Source: a virus (taxonomy: Duplodnaviria > Caudoviricetes). Taken from it: a stretch of DNA of 37,458 bases. The stretch is taken from positions 1-37,458 of IMG/VR virus record IMGVR_UViG_3300040736_000103. One strand, 5' to 3'. Below, one piece after another: positions 16,810 through 25,025 of the stretch (the first letter of the stretch is position 1; each line of letters starts with the position of its first letter). The notes beneath the pieces were generated by a model. That model saw only the letters and a list, made by a program, of their open reading frames with translations. It made no database searches and had not been told where the DNA came from. The position numbers and the translations under genes were made by a program.

Positions 16810-17709
16810 ATGAAGGTTAGCTCGAAAATCAAGGCCATCATCAGGGAGCGGGACGCGGAGATCCTCTCCGGCCAAGAAGCGGTCAAACAGCTCCTGGAGG
16901 AAACCCGGAAACAGATCCTCCTGGACCTGGCCACACTGCCCGGCAACGACTATTCGTCGTACTACCTGCGCCAGATCCTGGCCTCCATCGACGAGCACTT
17001 GGCCACCTGGGCCGCCGGGACGATCCGCGAGCTGGACGGCAGGTTGCGGACGACCTGGGGGATGGGCGCGGAGCTCCTTCCGGAGGCGGCGGCGATCGCC
17101 GGGCTGCAGTTGGGATATATCGGCATCTCCACCAGCACCCTGGAGGCGCTGAAGGAGTTCACCTTCGGCAAAATCTCGGGAGTGAAAGGCGACCTCTACA
17201 ATAAGGTGCGCGGTGAGCTTACCCTGGGAGTGCTCGGGCAGAAGACGCCCCAGGAGGTGACCAGGGCGATCATCGGGGATATCAGTGACGTGCCGATACC
17301 GGTCGGCCCCGGCGGAAAGACTGTCTTTAAGAGCATCGAGGAGCGGGCCGAGGTGATTACCGGCACGGAGATGGGCCGGGCATTTTCCCTCGCCACAGAG
17401 AAAAGCCTTGAGGCTGCCAGGGAGACGGTTCCGGAACTGGGGAGCATGTGGATCCACGCGGGCCATCCGAAACAGCCGCGCATGCTGCATATTTACCTGC
17501 ACGGCGAAGTGCGTTTCGGAGGAAAACCGTTCTACCAGGTGAACGGGGCGCCGGTCCGGTTCCCCCGCGACCCGCAGGCCCCTATCAAAGAGGTGATCCG
17601 CTGCGGCTGCACGCATATCCCCTGGCACCCGCTGTTCGGTGACCGGGAAGCGTTCGCGGCGGATTTCGACGAGCAACAGGAGAAAACGGCGGTGAGAGGC
17701 AGGGGATGA
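16810..17709 (+). CDS. head morphogenesis protein (Mu gpF / SPP1 gp7-like)
   Basis: RAEVITGTEMGRA...W.H...R..H..LHG...FPRDP...EVIRCGC; follows portal. Confidence 0.8.
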   Translation: MKVSSKIKAIIRERDAEILSGQEAVKQLLEETRKQILLDLATLPGNDYSSYYLRQILASIDEHLATWAAGTIRELDGRLRTTWGMGAELLPEAAAIAGLQLGYIGISTSTLEALKEFTFGKISGVKGDLYNKVRGELTLGVLGQKTPQEVTRAIIGDISDVPIPVGPGGKTVFKSIEERAEVITGTEMGRAFSLATEKSLEAARETVPELGSMWIHAGHPKQPRMLHIYLHGEVRFGGKPFYQVNGAPVRFPRDPQAPIKEVIRCGCTHIPWHPLFGDREAFAADFDEQQEKTAVRGRG

Positions 17710-17745
17710 AACCAGGAGCTGGGGGCTGGAAAACGAAAGGAGGAC

Positions 17746-17961
17746 ATGATGGCAGAACAAATTGACGGGAAGTGGTTAAAGGGGCTGCTCTTTCGCACCT
17801 CGGAGAGGAAGCAGCCAAAAGGCGAGGCTGCCCGGCATGTGCCAGTTGAGCGGAAGCTCAGGCCCTCCGACGTGCTCGACTGGAGAGACACCGGCGAAAC
17901 GCTGGTTATCGTCACCGCCGACGGCCGCAAGCACATCGTCGACAAGAAGGCCGCGGAATAG
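17746..17961 (+). CDS. hypothetical protein
   Basis: AAAGGAGG RBS; 71 aa. Confidence 0.65.
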   Translation: MMAEQIDGKWLKGLLFRTSERKQPKGEAARHVPVERKLRPSDVLDWRDTGETLVIVTADGRKHIVDKKAAE

Positions 17962-17982
17962 AAGGCGGCCAGGGAGAAAACA

Positions 17983-20265
17983 ATGGCGCTCAGTTTTGAA
18001 CAGATCCGCGAGCTGGTCCGCAACGCCATCCAGGCCAAGGCCGGCGAGAACAAGTACTGTTACGTTGTGGAGATGTATGCCGACTCGGTGATCTACGAAC
18101 AGGAGGACTCGCTGTTCCGCCGCACCTTCGCCATCGTTGACGACCAGGTAACGCTGGGGGACGCAACCGAGGTGAAGCGGCAGGTCGATTATATTCCGCT
18201 CCAGGCCGCGAGCCGGATCCTGGCCGCGGTCGGTGACCCGGCTTCGGACGGCTACGGGTACCAGTGGCGGGTCCAGGTCATCGAGTACGGTCCCGGCGCG
18301 GACGGCAGGATCCACTGGACCAGGGAACCGCTCGTCTCCGCCATCGGCCTGTATGACGGCGCGCGTGTATTCGCCCTCAATGATTCCCAGCACCAGGCGG
18401 GCGCAAAGCCCTTCGGTAAATCGGTGAGGGAGATCGTGGGCTGGCTGAAGAATCCCCAGGACACCGGCGCCGGCATCGAGGCGGACCTGTTCATCCTGAA
18501 ATCAGCCCAGTGGTTGCGGGACGGGCTGGTGGATTCCCACGAGCGGGGTAATCCGACCCTGTTCGGGCTCTCCCACGACGTTACCGGAAAAGCGGTCACC
18601 AAGCTGGTGGCCGGCAAGAAGATGAAGGAACCGACGGAGATTACCGCCGTAGAGGTGGATGTGGTGTACAACCCGACCAATAACGGTCAATTTCTACGCA
18701 TGGCCGCAGCCATACAGGCAGGCCAGGAGGAGGACGCAATGTTTCAAAAGTTGTTGGCCGCCCTGTTGAAGACGCGGCCCGATCTGCACAAGCAGATTCA
18801 GGAGGGCATGGACGCAGGCACGATTACCGAGGACCAGGCCATGCAGATGGTGGCTGCTGCCACGGTGAAGGATGCCGGTGGGGATGGGGCCAACGAGAAG
18901 TTGGTCGCCGCCATCACCATGAGCCTCAAGGAGGCCCTGACGACCGGAGAGCGCGACGAGGTGAAAGGGTTGAAACTGATGGCCTGTTCCATGACCCTGG
19001 AACGCGAACTCCAGGCCGCTAAGCTCCCCGACGCGGCAGTCAAGACACTGCGGGCGCAATTCGAAGGAAAGGTGTTCGAGAACGCCGAACTCCAGGCGGC
19101 CATCAAGGGGACCAAGGAGATGCTGGACGCGGTAATGGACTCCGGCGCTGTCGTGGGCGTGGGTGATGTTCGGGTCGGGCGGGAGAGCGGCGAGAAGCTC
19201 CAGGCCGCCTTTGACGGCATGTTCGGCCTCCAGCCGGCCGAGGACCTGCGCGGGGTTCCGGCTTTCACCAGCCTGCGCGCCGCCTACGTGGAGATGACCG
19301 GAGACACGGACGTGATCGGCGTGCTCAACCTGCAGCAACTGCGCCGCATGCAGGCCGCGTACGGCGATGTGACCTTCGCCTATGCCCTGGGCAACACTCT
19401 GTACCGGAGGCTGGTGAACGATTACCGGGAGGCGAACGATTACGGAGTTTCGCGCCTGGTCGGCTCGAACATCCGTAACGCCAGGGATTTCCGCACGCTC
19501 GAATCGATCCGCATCGGGTACTACGGCGACCTGCCGGACGTGGACACGGATAACGAGGATTACCCGGATCTCGGGGAAGTGTCCGATGAAAAGGTGGAAT
19601 ACGCCCTGAACGAGAAGGGCGGAATCATCACCATCAACCGGAAGATGATCCTGAACGACGATCTGCGGCTGGTGCAGAAGATCGTGTCCCGCCTGCCCAG
19701 GGCGGCCCGCCGCACCAAGGCGAAACGGGTATGGAACCTGTTCATCAACAACGCCACCTACAAGGGCGACAGCAAGGCCATCTTCCATTCCGACCACGGC
19801 AACCTGGGCTCGACCGCGTACGCCATCGCCTCTGCCCTGGCCGCCCGTACCGCCATGGCGAAGCAGACCGAGCCGGGCAGCGGCGAACGGATCGGCCTGC
19901 GGCCGGTGACCGTGGCCTTCCCGGCCGATCTCTACGGTATCGTCAAGAACGTCAACGATTTCAATCCACAGGCGGTCACCGTGGACAACGGCAACTCCAT
20001 GTACGGGTTCTTCAAGCCCGAGGGTCTGGTGGAGGTGCCTTTCATGACCGACACCACGGACTGGCTGATGTTCGGCGATCCGGACGAATGCGAAATCGTG
20101 GAGATTGCGTTCCTCAACGGCCAGCAGGAACCGCAGATGCTGGTGGCGGACAATCCGGCGGTCGGGCAGATGTTCGTCGGCGGACGCATCCAGTACCGCA
20201 TCACGCACGATTACGAGTGCGAGTGCGTTGATTACCGCAATGCGTACAAAGCGGTCGTGACCTAA
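17983..20265 (+). CDS. fused prohead protease - scaffold - major capsid protein
   Basis: N-terminal protease-like motifs (IVGWL, GLSHD, VDVVYNPT), helical middle, capsid-like C-terminus (DFR, GGIITINRKMILNDDL, LNGQQEP, DYRNAYK). Confidence 0.82.
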   Translation: MALSFEQIRELVRNAIQAKAGENKYCYVVEMYADSVIYEQEDSLFRRTFAIVDDQVTLGDATEVKRQVDYIPLQAASRILAAVGDPASDGYGYQWRVQVIEYGPGADGRIHWTREPLVSAIGLYDGARVFALNDSQHQAGAKPFGKSVREIVGWLKNPQDTGAGIEADLFILKSAQWLRDGLVDSHERGNPTLFGLSHDVTGKAVTKLVAGKKMKEPTEITAVEVDVVYNPTNNGQFLRMAAAIQAGQEEDAMFQKLLAALLKTRPDLHKQIQEGMDAGTITEDQAMQMVAAATVKDAGGDGANEKLVAAITMSLKEALTTGERDEVKGLKLMACSMTLERELQAAKLPDAAVKTLRAQFEGKVFENAELQAAIKGTKEMLDAVMDSGAVVGVGDVRVGRESGEKLQAAFDGMFGLQPAEDLRGVPAFTSLRAAYVEMTGDTDVIGVLNLQQLRRMQAAYGDVTFAYALGNTLYRRLVNDYREANDYGVSRLVGSNIRNARDFRTLESIRIGYYGDLPDVDTDNEDYPDLGEVSDEKVEYALNEKGGIITINRKMILNDDLRLVQKIVSRLPRAARRTKAKRVWNLFINNATYKGDSKAIFHSDHGNLGSTAYAIASALAARTAMAKQTEPGSGERIGLRPVTVAFPADLYGIVKNVNDFNPQAVTVDNGNSMYGFFKPEGLVEVPFMTDTTDWLMFGDPDECEIVEIAFLNGQQEPQMLVADNPAVGQMFVGGRIQYRITHDYECECVDYRNAYKAVVT

Positions 20266-20305
20266 AGGCAAGTGATGAGTGACCAGTGATGAGTGATGAG
20301 TAAGG
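20266..20305 (+). repeat. AGTGATG-type x5 array right after the capsid stop
   Basis: AGGCA then agtgatg agtgacc agtgatg agtgatg agtaagg. Confidence 0.8.
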
Positions 20306-20306
20306 C

Positions 20307-20330
20307 GTAGGGGCGGGGTTTTCCCGCCCC
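20307..20330 (+). repeat. GTAG-type REP-like palindrome
   Basis: GTAGGGGCGGGGTTTTCCCGCCCC. Confidence 0.55.
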
Positions 20331-20363
20331 GCATCAAGGGCGATTTGAAAAGAGAGGTGCGCA

Positions 20364-20831
20364 ATGAAGAAAAATTTTTCCTGCTTCATCAGGTTTCTAT
20401 TGGCGATGGCTCTGACAGCCATCCTGGTTTTAGGTGCGCTTGCCGCCGTCGCGGCCACGACCAATCCCTCCCCTGCATCGCCGGGCTATACGCAGATGGT
20501 GATCCCGATCATGGGAGTCTACTCCTCCAATTTCACGCCGGTGTCATTCAAGGCGCCGGTGGGGTACCGGGTGCTGCACGCCTCGGCTACGGCCAAGGAG
20601 GTCACCGGAACCGACCCGACACTGACGATCGATGTCCGAAACGGTTCCACATCGGTGTTCTCCTCTCCCATTTCCATCACCGCGGGGTCAATCACCGATG
20701 CTGTGCTGTCGACCTCTCCGCTCATCTCCGACGAGGGCACGGTGAACGTCGTATTCGCCAAGGGGGGCAGCTACACATCCGGGCAGGGGTGGAAGAACAT
20801 CACCTTGTTTCTCTGGCTTAAGAGGCGATAA
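20364..20831 (+). CDS. beta-rich protein after capsid (decoration-like) with signal-peptide-like N-terminus
   Basis: GAGGT RBS; MKK plus hydrophobic stretch plus AVA; S/T-rich beta-strand body. Confidence 0.65.
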   Translation: MKKNFSCFIRFLLAMALTAILVLGALAAVAATTNPSPASPGYTQMVIPIMGVYSSNFTPVSFKAPVGYRVLHASATAKEVTGTDPTLTIDVRNGSTSVFSSPISITAGSITDAVLSTSPLISDEGTVNVVFAKGGSYTSGQGWKNITLFLWLKRR

Positions 20832-20883
20832 ATCGAATGCTGTCAGACCGAGAGGGCGGGACCCGCCCTCTCCCGGAAGGATT

Positions 20884-21531
20884 ATGTCTCTCTACGACCT
20901 GACATTCACGAAGGTAAAGGACACCTCGGGCAAGCTCGCGGACCCCACGGACTATGACGGCGCCATTGCCGAGGCGATGCACCGCTATAGCCGTCATCGT
21001 CCCCGGCTGCAATGCGCGGACCTGTCAGGCTCCGGAACGGCTGATATCGATCTGCCGACGGACTGGTGTCCGGGGCTCTCCGAGATTGTAAGCATCGAGT
21101 ATCCGGTGGGGAACGTGCCGGAAACGCTGCTGGAGTCATCGGACTGGAAATACTACCGCTCGCCCGACGTGGTGAAGCTCCGGATGCTGGCCGCCACCCC
21201 TTCCCTGGGAGCGACCGTGCGGGTGCTGTATTCGGTGATGCACGATGAGGATTCCCTCCCCGAGACAGACCTGGAGTGTATCGCGAATCTGGCGGCGGCC
21301 TTCTGTCTCCGGCAACTGGCCGCTGCGTTCGGGCAGACCAACGACCCGACCATCGGTGCGGACGTGGTGAATTACCGGAGCAAAACGGATGAGTTTCGCC
21401 GCTTGGCCGAGAGCTACGAGGAATTGTACAACCAGCATCTGGGGCTGAAAAAGAACGATACTCAGCCGGCCGTGTCGGTGGTAGCCGGCGCGCCGGATGA
21501 CGGCAGGGTGCGGTTGACGCACCGAAGATAA
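20884..21531 (+). CDS. head-tail adaptor-like protein
   Basis: Position and size; YSRHRP, IEYP, LAAAFCL. Confidence 0.6.
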   Translation: MSLYDLTFTKVKDTSGKLADPTDYDGAIAEAMHRYSRHRPRLQCADLSGSGTADIDLPTDWCPGLSEIVSIEYPVGNVPETLLESSDWKYYRSPDVVKLRMLAATPSLGATVRVLYSVMHDEDSLPETDLECIANLAAAFCLRQLAAAFGQTNDPTIGADVVNYRSKTDEFRRLAESYEELYNQHLGLKKNDTQPAVSVVAGAPDDGRVRLTHRR

Positions 21532-21548
21532 GATAAAGGAGCTGATGT

Positions 21549-21890
21549 ATGGAACCTGAAGTGATTCGAGAACCCGGTGCGTTCGCATCGCAATTGCTGC
21601 TCCGCGATACAGCTCCCCTCGCTGCGTCGGAAACCCGCTCCGCGACGATAGACGTTCGGAATCTGGGTTCCATCGGTGGTGATATCTACGCGGACCAGGG
21701 GTGCACCATGAAATTCTATACCTCGCCTGATGGTGACAATTACGGCACGCCAACGGAACTGGCGGTTGCTGCCGGCGAGGGCATACGCTTCGAATATGTC
21801 CGTATCGCTGCTCGCACCATCAAGGTCGAGGTCGTAAACGGCGCCACGCCCATGACCGCGTTCCGGCTCTATATCCGGGGAGGTGCCTAG
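21549..21890 (+). CDS. hypothetical virion protein (beta-rich)
   Basis: AAAGGAG RBS; directly upstream of the DGR target. Confidence 0.65.
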   Translation: MEPEVIREPGAFASQLLLRDTAPLAASETRSATIDVRNLGSIGGDIYADQGCTMKFYTSPDGDNYGTPTELAVAAGEGIRFEYVRIAARTIKVEVVNGATPMTAFRLYIRGGA

Positions 21891-21891
21891 C

Positions 21892-23406
21892 ATGGAATCA
21901 TTAGGACGCATCGTCGACCTGTCCGGCCGCAGCGCGCTCCAGGCGATCGCCTCGCTCCCCGCCCACTATTCCCGCGATCTCGCCTGGGCAATCAAGGGGA
22001 GGAGCACGGCCTCGGATAGATATGCCGTGCTCACGCCGTCAGAGCTGGCGCTCAATATCGGAGGCATGGGTTTCGTCCTTACCGGACAGGCATCCCTCGA
22101 TCTGTCGCAGGCCGCCAACTGGGACACCACCGCCGGGACAGACTACACCGTCGCGGCCAACCGTGCGGGCAAGGATTTCTACGTGTACGCCTGCCAGCAG
22201 GGCGGCAGCTCGCCCAAGCTGGTGCTGTCCGCCAACTCCACCGTACCGACCGGATACACCGCAAACAACAGCCGAAAAATAGCAGGATTCCACTGCCTGT
22301 GCGTAGCCGTCGGCACTATCAGCGGCCATGCCCTGACCGGATTCGTTGCCGGAGACATCCTGCCGGAATCGATGTGGGACCTGTCGTTCCGGCCTGCCTG
22401 TTCGCCGGAGGGTATGGCCTACGACGCAAAATCGGATCTCTGGGTGGATATCTACCTCGCCTCCGGTACCGGCGCTTCGACTGCATCCGCCTATAACGCC
22501 ACCATCACCGACAGCCGCAACTGGATGGATTTTGTGGACGACCTGGGAGCGGTCGGCAAACGATTGCTGACCGACCCTGAATTCCAGCTGGCCGCCTCGG
22601 GCAGCAACGAGGAAACCAACATAGCGGGCAGCGCAGACCCGGTCACCACCGGCGGACACGTCGATACCGCGGCACGGCGCATGATATCCAGCATCGGCCT
22701 GGAGGACTGCTGCGGAGTCATGTGGCAATGGCTGCAGGATCAATCGTTCCGCTGCGACCCGGACGGCACCGTGCAGGCCGCGGGTCTGACGTTCACCGTC
22801 ACCTATGCGGCATCTCCGGGCGGGAACCCGATTTACCTGAAGCAAAGCGCGGACGGCCAGTTCTACCTGGCCTGCAACATGGCCGCCGCGGCAGCCGACA
22901 AGCAGATTGGCCCTACCAACTACAAGGTGCCCATCAAACACGAGGCATCGGCCGCTACCGGGGCCATCGGCCAGGTGTACTACAACTCGGGAGGAACCAA
23001 CCCGGCAAAGATCCTGTGCAATATCAGCACGATTGCAAAGGACGTGTTTCTGCCGAGCAACAATCCGACCTACTTCCTGCAGATCAAGCACGACGCCTCG
23101 GCAGCCACCAACGGGAGGGCGCTGTACTATGACGACGGCGCCGACAACAGGCTGGAATGCACTACCGCATCGGCGGCCAACGACTCGGCCGATCTGGCCC
23201 TGAACAGCCAGGGATTTGGATATTACGACCTCCCAGGCGCTAAGGGCAGTCTTTACAGGCAGGGCAGCAACGGCGATGTTAAGCTGCTGGCCGGCGGTGC
23301 TTGGTATTATGGGACGAATGCCGGTTCGCGCTGCCGTTATGCGTATTACTCTCGCTGGATTGCGTATTCGTCTCTCGGTGCGCGCGGGTGCGCCCGGAGC
23401 CGGTAA
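21892..23406 (+). CDS. DGR target protein, Mtd-like with C-type-lectin (FGE-type) fold
   Basis: PEGM, WVDIYLAS, GKRLL..EF..AA.GS, GLEDCCGVMWQW and C-terminal LLAGG.W...GSRC...GARG; 3' end carries the VR. GGAGGT RBS favours ATG 21892. Confidence 0.9.
   Translation: MESLGRIVDLSGRSALQAIASLPAHYSRDLAWAIKGRSTASDRYAVLTPSELALNIGGMGFVLTGQASLDLSQAANWDTTAGTDYTVAANRAGKDFYVYACQQGGSSPKLVLSANSTVPTGYTANNSRKIAGFHCLCVAVGTISGHALTGFVAGDILPESMWDLSFRPACSPEGMAYDAKSDLWVDIYLASGTGASTASAYNATITDSRNWMDFVDDLGAVGKRLLTDPEFQLAASGSNEETNIAGSADPVTTGGHVDTAARRMISSIGLEDCCGVMWQWLQDQSFRCDPDGTVQAAGLTFTVTYAASPGGNPIYLKQSADGQFYLACNMAAAAADKQIGPTNYKVPIKHEASAATGAIGQVYYNSGGTNPAKILCNISTIAKDVFLPSNNPTYFLQIKHDASAATNGRALYYDDGADNRLECTTASAANDSADLALNSQGFGYYDLPGAKGSLYRQGSNGDVKLLAGGAWYYGTNAGSRCRYAYYSRWIAYSSLGARGCARSR
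23283..23398 (+). repeat. DGR variable repeat (VR)
   Basis: 116-nt ungapped match to 23472-23587 with 16 mismatches, every one opposite a TR adenine. Confidence 0.97.
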
Positions 23407-23471
23407 ACGTAGATCGTCAAACGTTCTTCGCGCGCGTCATGCGCACTGTAGAAATGGTTGTGGCGCCGATG

Positions 23472-23587
23472 GCTGCTGGCCGGCGGTAATTGGAATAATG
23501 GGACGAATGCCGGTTCGCGCTGCCGTAATGCGAATAACTATCGCTGGAATACGAATTCGAATATCGGTACGCGCGGGTGCACCCGGA
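23472..23587 (+). ncRNA. DGR template repeat (TR)
   Basis: Adenine-rich copy of VR (10 AAY codons plus 6 single-A codons) between target and RT. Confidence 0.96.
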
Positions 23588-23716
23588 TACAGACGAGTCA
23601 AACTCCCTGGCTGGGCGCCATGACCCTGTCCGGTAGGTGAAAACCGAAAGGCAAAACACAAAACGGAGCACGGGCCGGGCCAGTAGGGAAACCGGACGTC
23701 AGGCCCGGACAAAACC
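23588..23716 (+). ncRNA. structured TR-RT spacer (likely part of the DGR RNA)
   Basis: Hairpins GGT-GAAA-ACC, CC-GAAA-GG, and CCGGGCC(23675-23681)/GGCCCGG(23702-23708) enclosing AGTAG and GG-GAAA-CC. Confidence 0.6.
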
Positions 23717-24727
23717 ATGAAACGACACGGAAACCTGTTCGACAAAATCACCAGCGCCGACAACCTGCGGCTGGCCTATGAAAAGGCGCGTCGCGGCAAG
23801 TCAAGCATGCGCAACGTCCAGCGGTTCGAGCGAGACGTGGACGGCAACCTGGAGCGGATACGCCGGAGCCTGCTCGACGGGACCTTCACCACCTCCGGTT
23901 ACCAGGTAAAGAAAATCCATGAGCCCAAGGAGCGCGATATCTACGTGCTCCCCTTCGCCCCGGACCGCATCGTTCAGCATGCAGTCATGAACATCCTGGA
24001 GCCCATCTGGGACGCGCTGTTCATCGACGATTCCTATGCCTGCCGCACCGGCAAGGGCATCCATGCCGGTAGCCTCCGCACCATGGAGTTTGTCCGCAGA
24101 TACCGCTATGTCCTGAAATGCGACATCGCCAAGTTCTACCCGAGCATCGACCACGATGTGCTGTATGAAATCGTACGGCGGAAAATCAAGTGCCCTGGCA
24201 CGCTCCGGCTGTTGCGCGACATCATCTACTCCGCGCCCGGCGGCAAGAACGCGCCCATCGGCAACTACACCAGCCAGTGGTTCTGCAACCTGTACCTCAA
24301 CGAGCTCGACCAGCTGGTGAAGCATCATTACAAGGTTGCGGGCTACCTCCGCTACTGCGACGATTTCTGCCTGTTCCACGATGACAAAAGAGTCCTCCGG
24401 GAACTGGCGGAAGAGCTACGCCTGTTCCTCGCGGACCGTCTGAAACTGACCTTCAGCAGATGCGAGGTATTTCCCGTTTCCCACGGCGTGGACTTCCTCG
24501 GGTACCGCCACTTCCGCAATTACATCCTGGTGCGCAAAAGCACGGCGACCCGAGTCAAACGAAGATTGGCGAAACTCCCCGGACTGCTCGCGGCCGGCGA
24601 GATCACGGAAGAACAGTATCGGTCATCAATCGCCTCAACGCGGGGATGGCTCAAATGGGCGAACACGCATAACCTATCCGTTGCGCTGGAACTGGACCGC
24701 CTGACGGAGACGAGGGATGCGGCATAA
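23717..24727 (+). CDS. DGR reverse transcriptase
   Basis: EPKER, DRIVQHA, SYACR.GKG.H, KCDIAKFYPSI, PIGNYTSQ (DGR-type), YCDD, VDFLGY; intact 336 aa. Confidence 0.96.
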   Translation: MKRHGNLFDKITSADNLRLAYEKARRGKSSMRNVQRFERDVDGNLERIRRSLLDGTFTTSGYQVKKIHEPKERDIYVLPFAPDRIVQHAVMNILEPIWDALFIDDSYACRTGKGIHAGSLRTMEFVRRYRYVLKCDIAKFYPSIDHDVLYEIVRRKIKCPGTLRLLRDIIYSAPGGKNAPIGNYTSQWFCNLYLNELDQLVKHHYKVAGYLRYCDDFCLFHDDKRVLRELAEELRLFLADRLKLTFSRCEVFPVSHGVDFLGYRHFRNYILVRKSTATRVKRRLAKLPGLLAAGEITEEQYRSSIASTRGWLKWANTHNLSVALELDRLTETRDAA

Positions 24728-25016
24728 ACGATTCACCGATTTCGCGCGGGAGAGAATCCCGCTCGACGGAGAGAAAACCAGGCTCGATGACATAATCAAC
24801 CGGGAGATACTGATAATCGGACACTCCATCAAGCGCAGCCGCTACGACAAGAACAGCAGCGGCAAGTTCCTGACCCTGCAATTCGAGCTCGCCGATGAAC
24901 GGCGCGTGTTGTTCACCGGTAGCGACGTGCTCATCGAGCAGCTGGAGAAATACGGAGACCAGATACCGTTCGCGGCGACCATCAAAAAGATAGACAGGTA
25001 CTACACCCTGTCGTGA
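24717..25016 (+). CDS. small RT-coupled protein, candidate non-Avd DGR accessory factor
   Basis: Overlaps RT end by 11 nt; beta-strand-rich pattern (EILII, FLTLQF, RVLFTGS, PF.ATI, YYTLS). Confidence 0.7.
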   Translation: MRHKRFTDFARERIPLDGEKTRLDDIINREILIIGHSIKRSRYDKNSSGKFLTLQFELADERRVLFTGSDVLIEQLEKYGDQIPFAATIKKIDRYYTLS

Positions 25017-25025
25017 GGTGACTAT

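Noticed and set aside
23458-23640. 60-aa Asn-rich ORF
   Set aside because: It is simply the TR read in the VR frame; no RBS.
23717-24727. Group II intron, retron or Abi-type RT
   Set aside because: The IGNYTSQ motif, short length and adjacent A-specific TR/VR pair identify a DGR RT.
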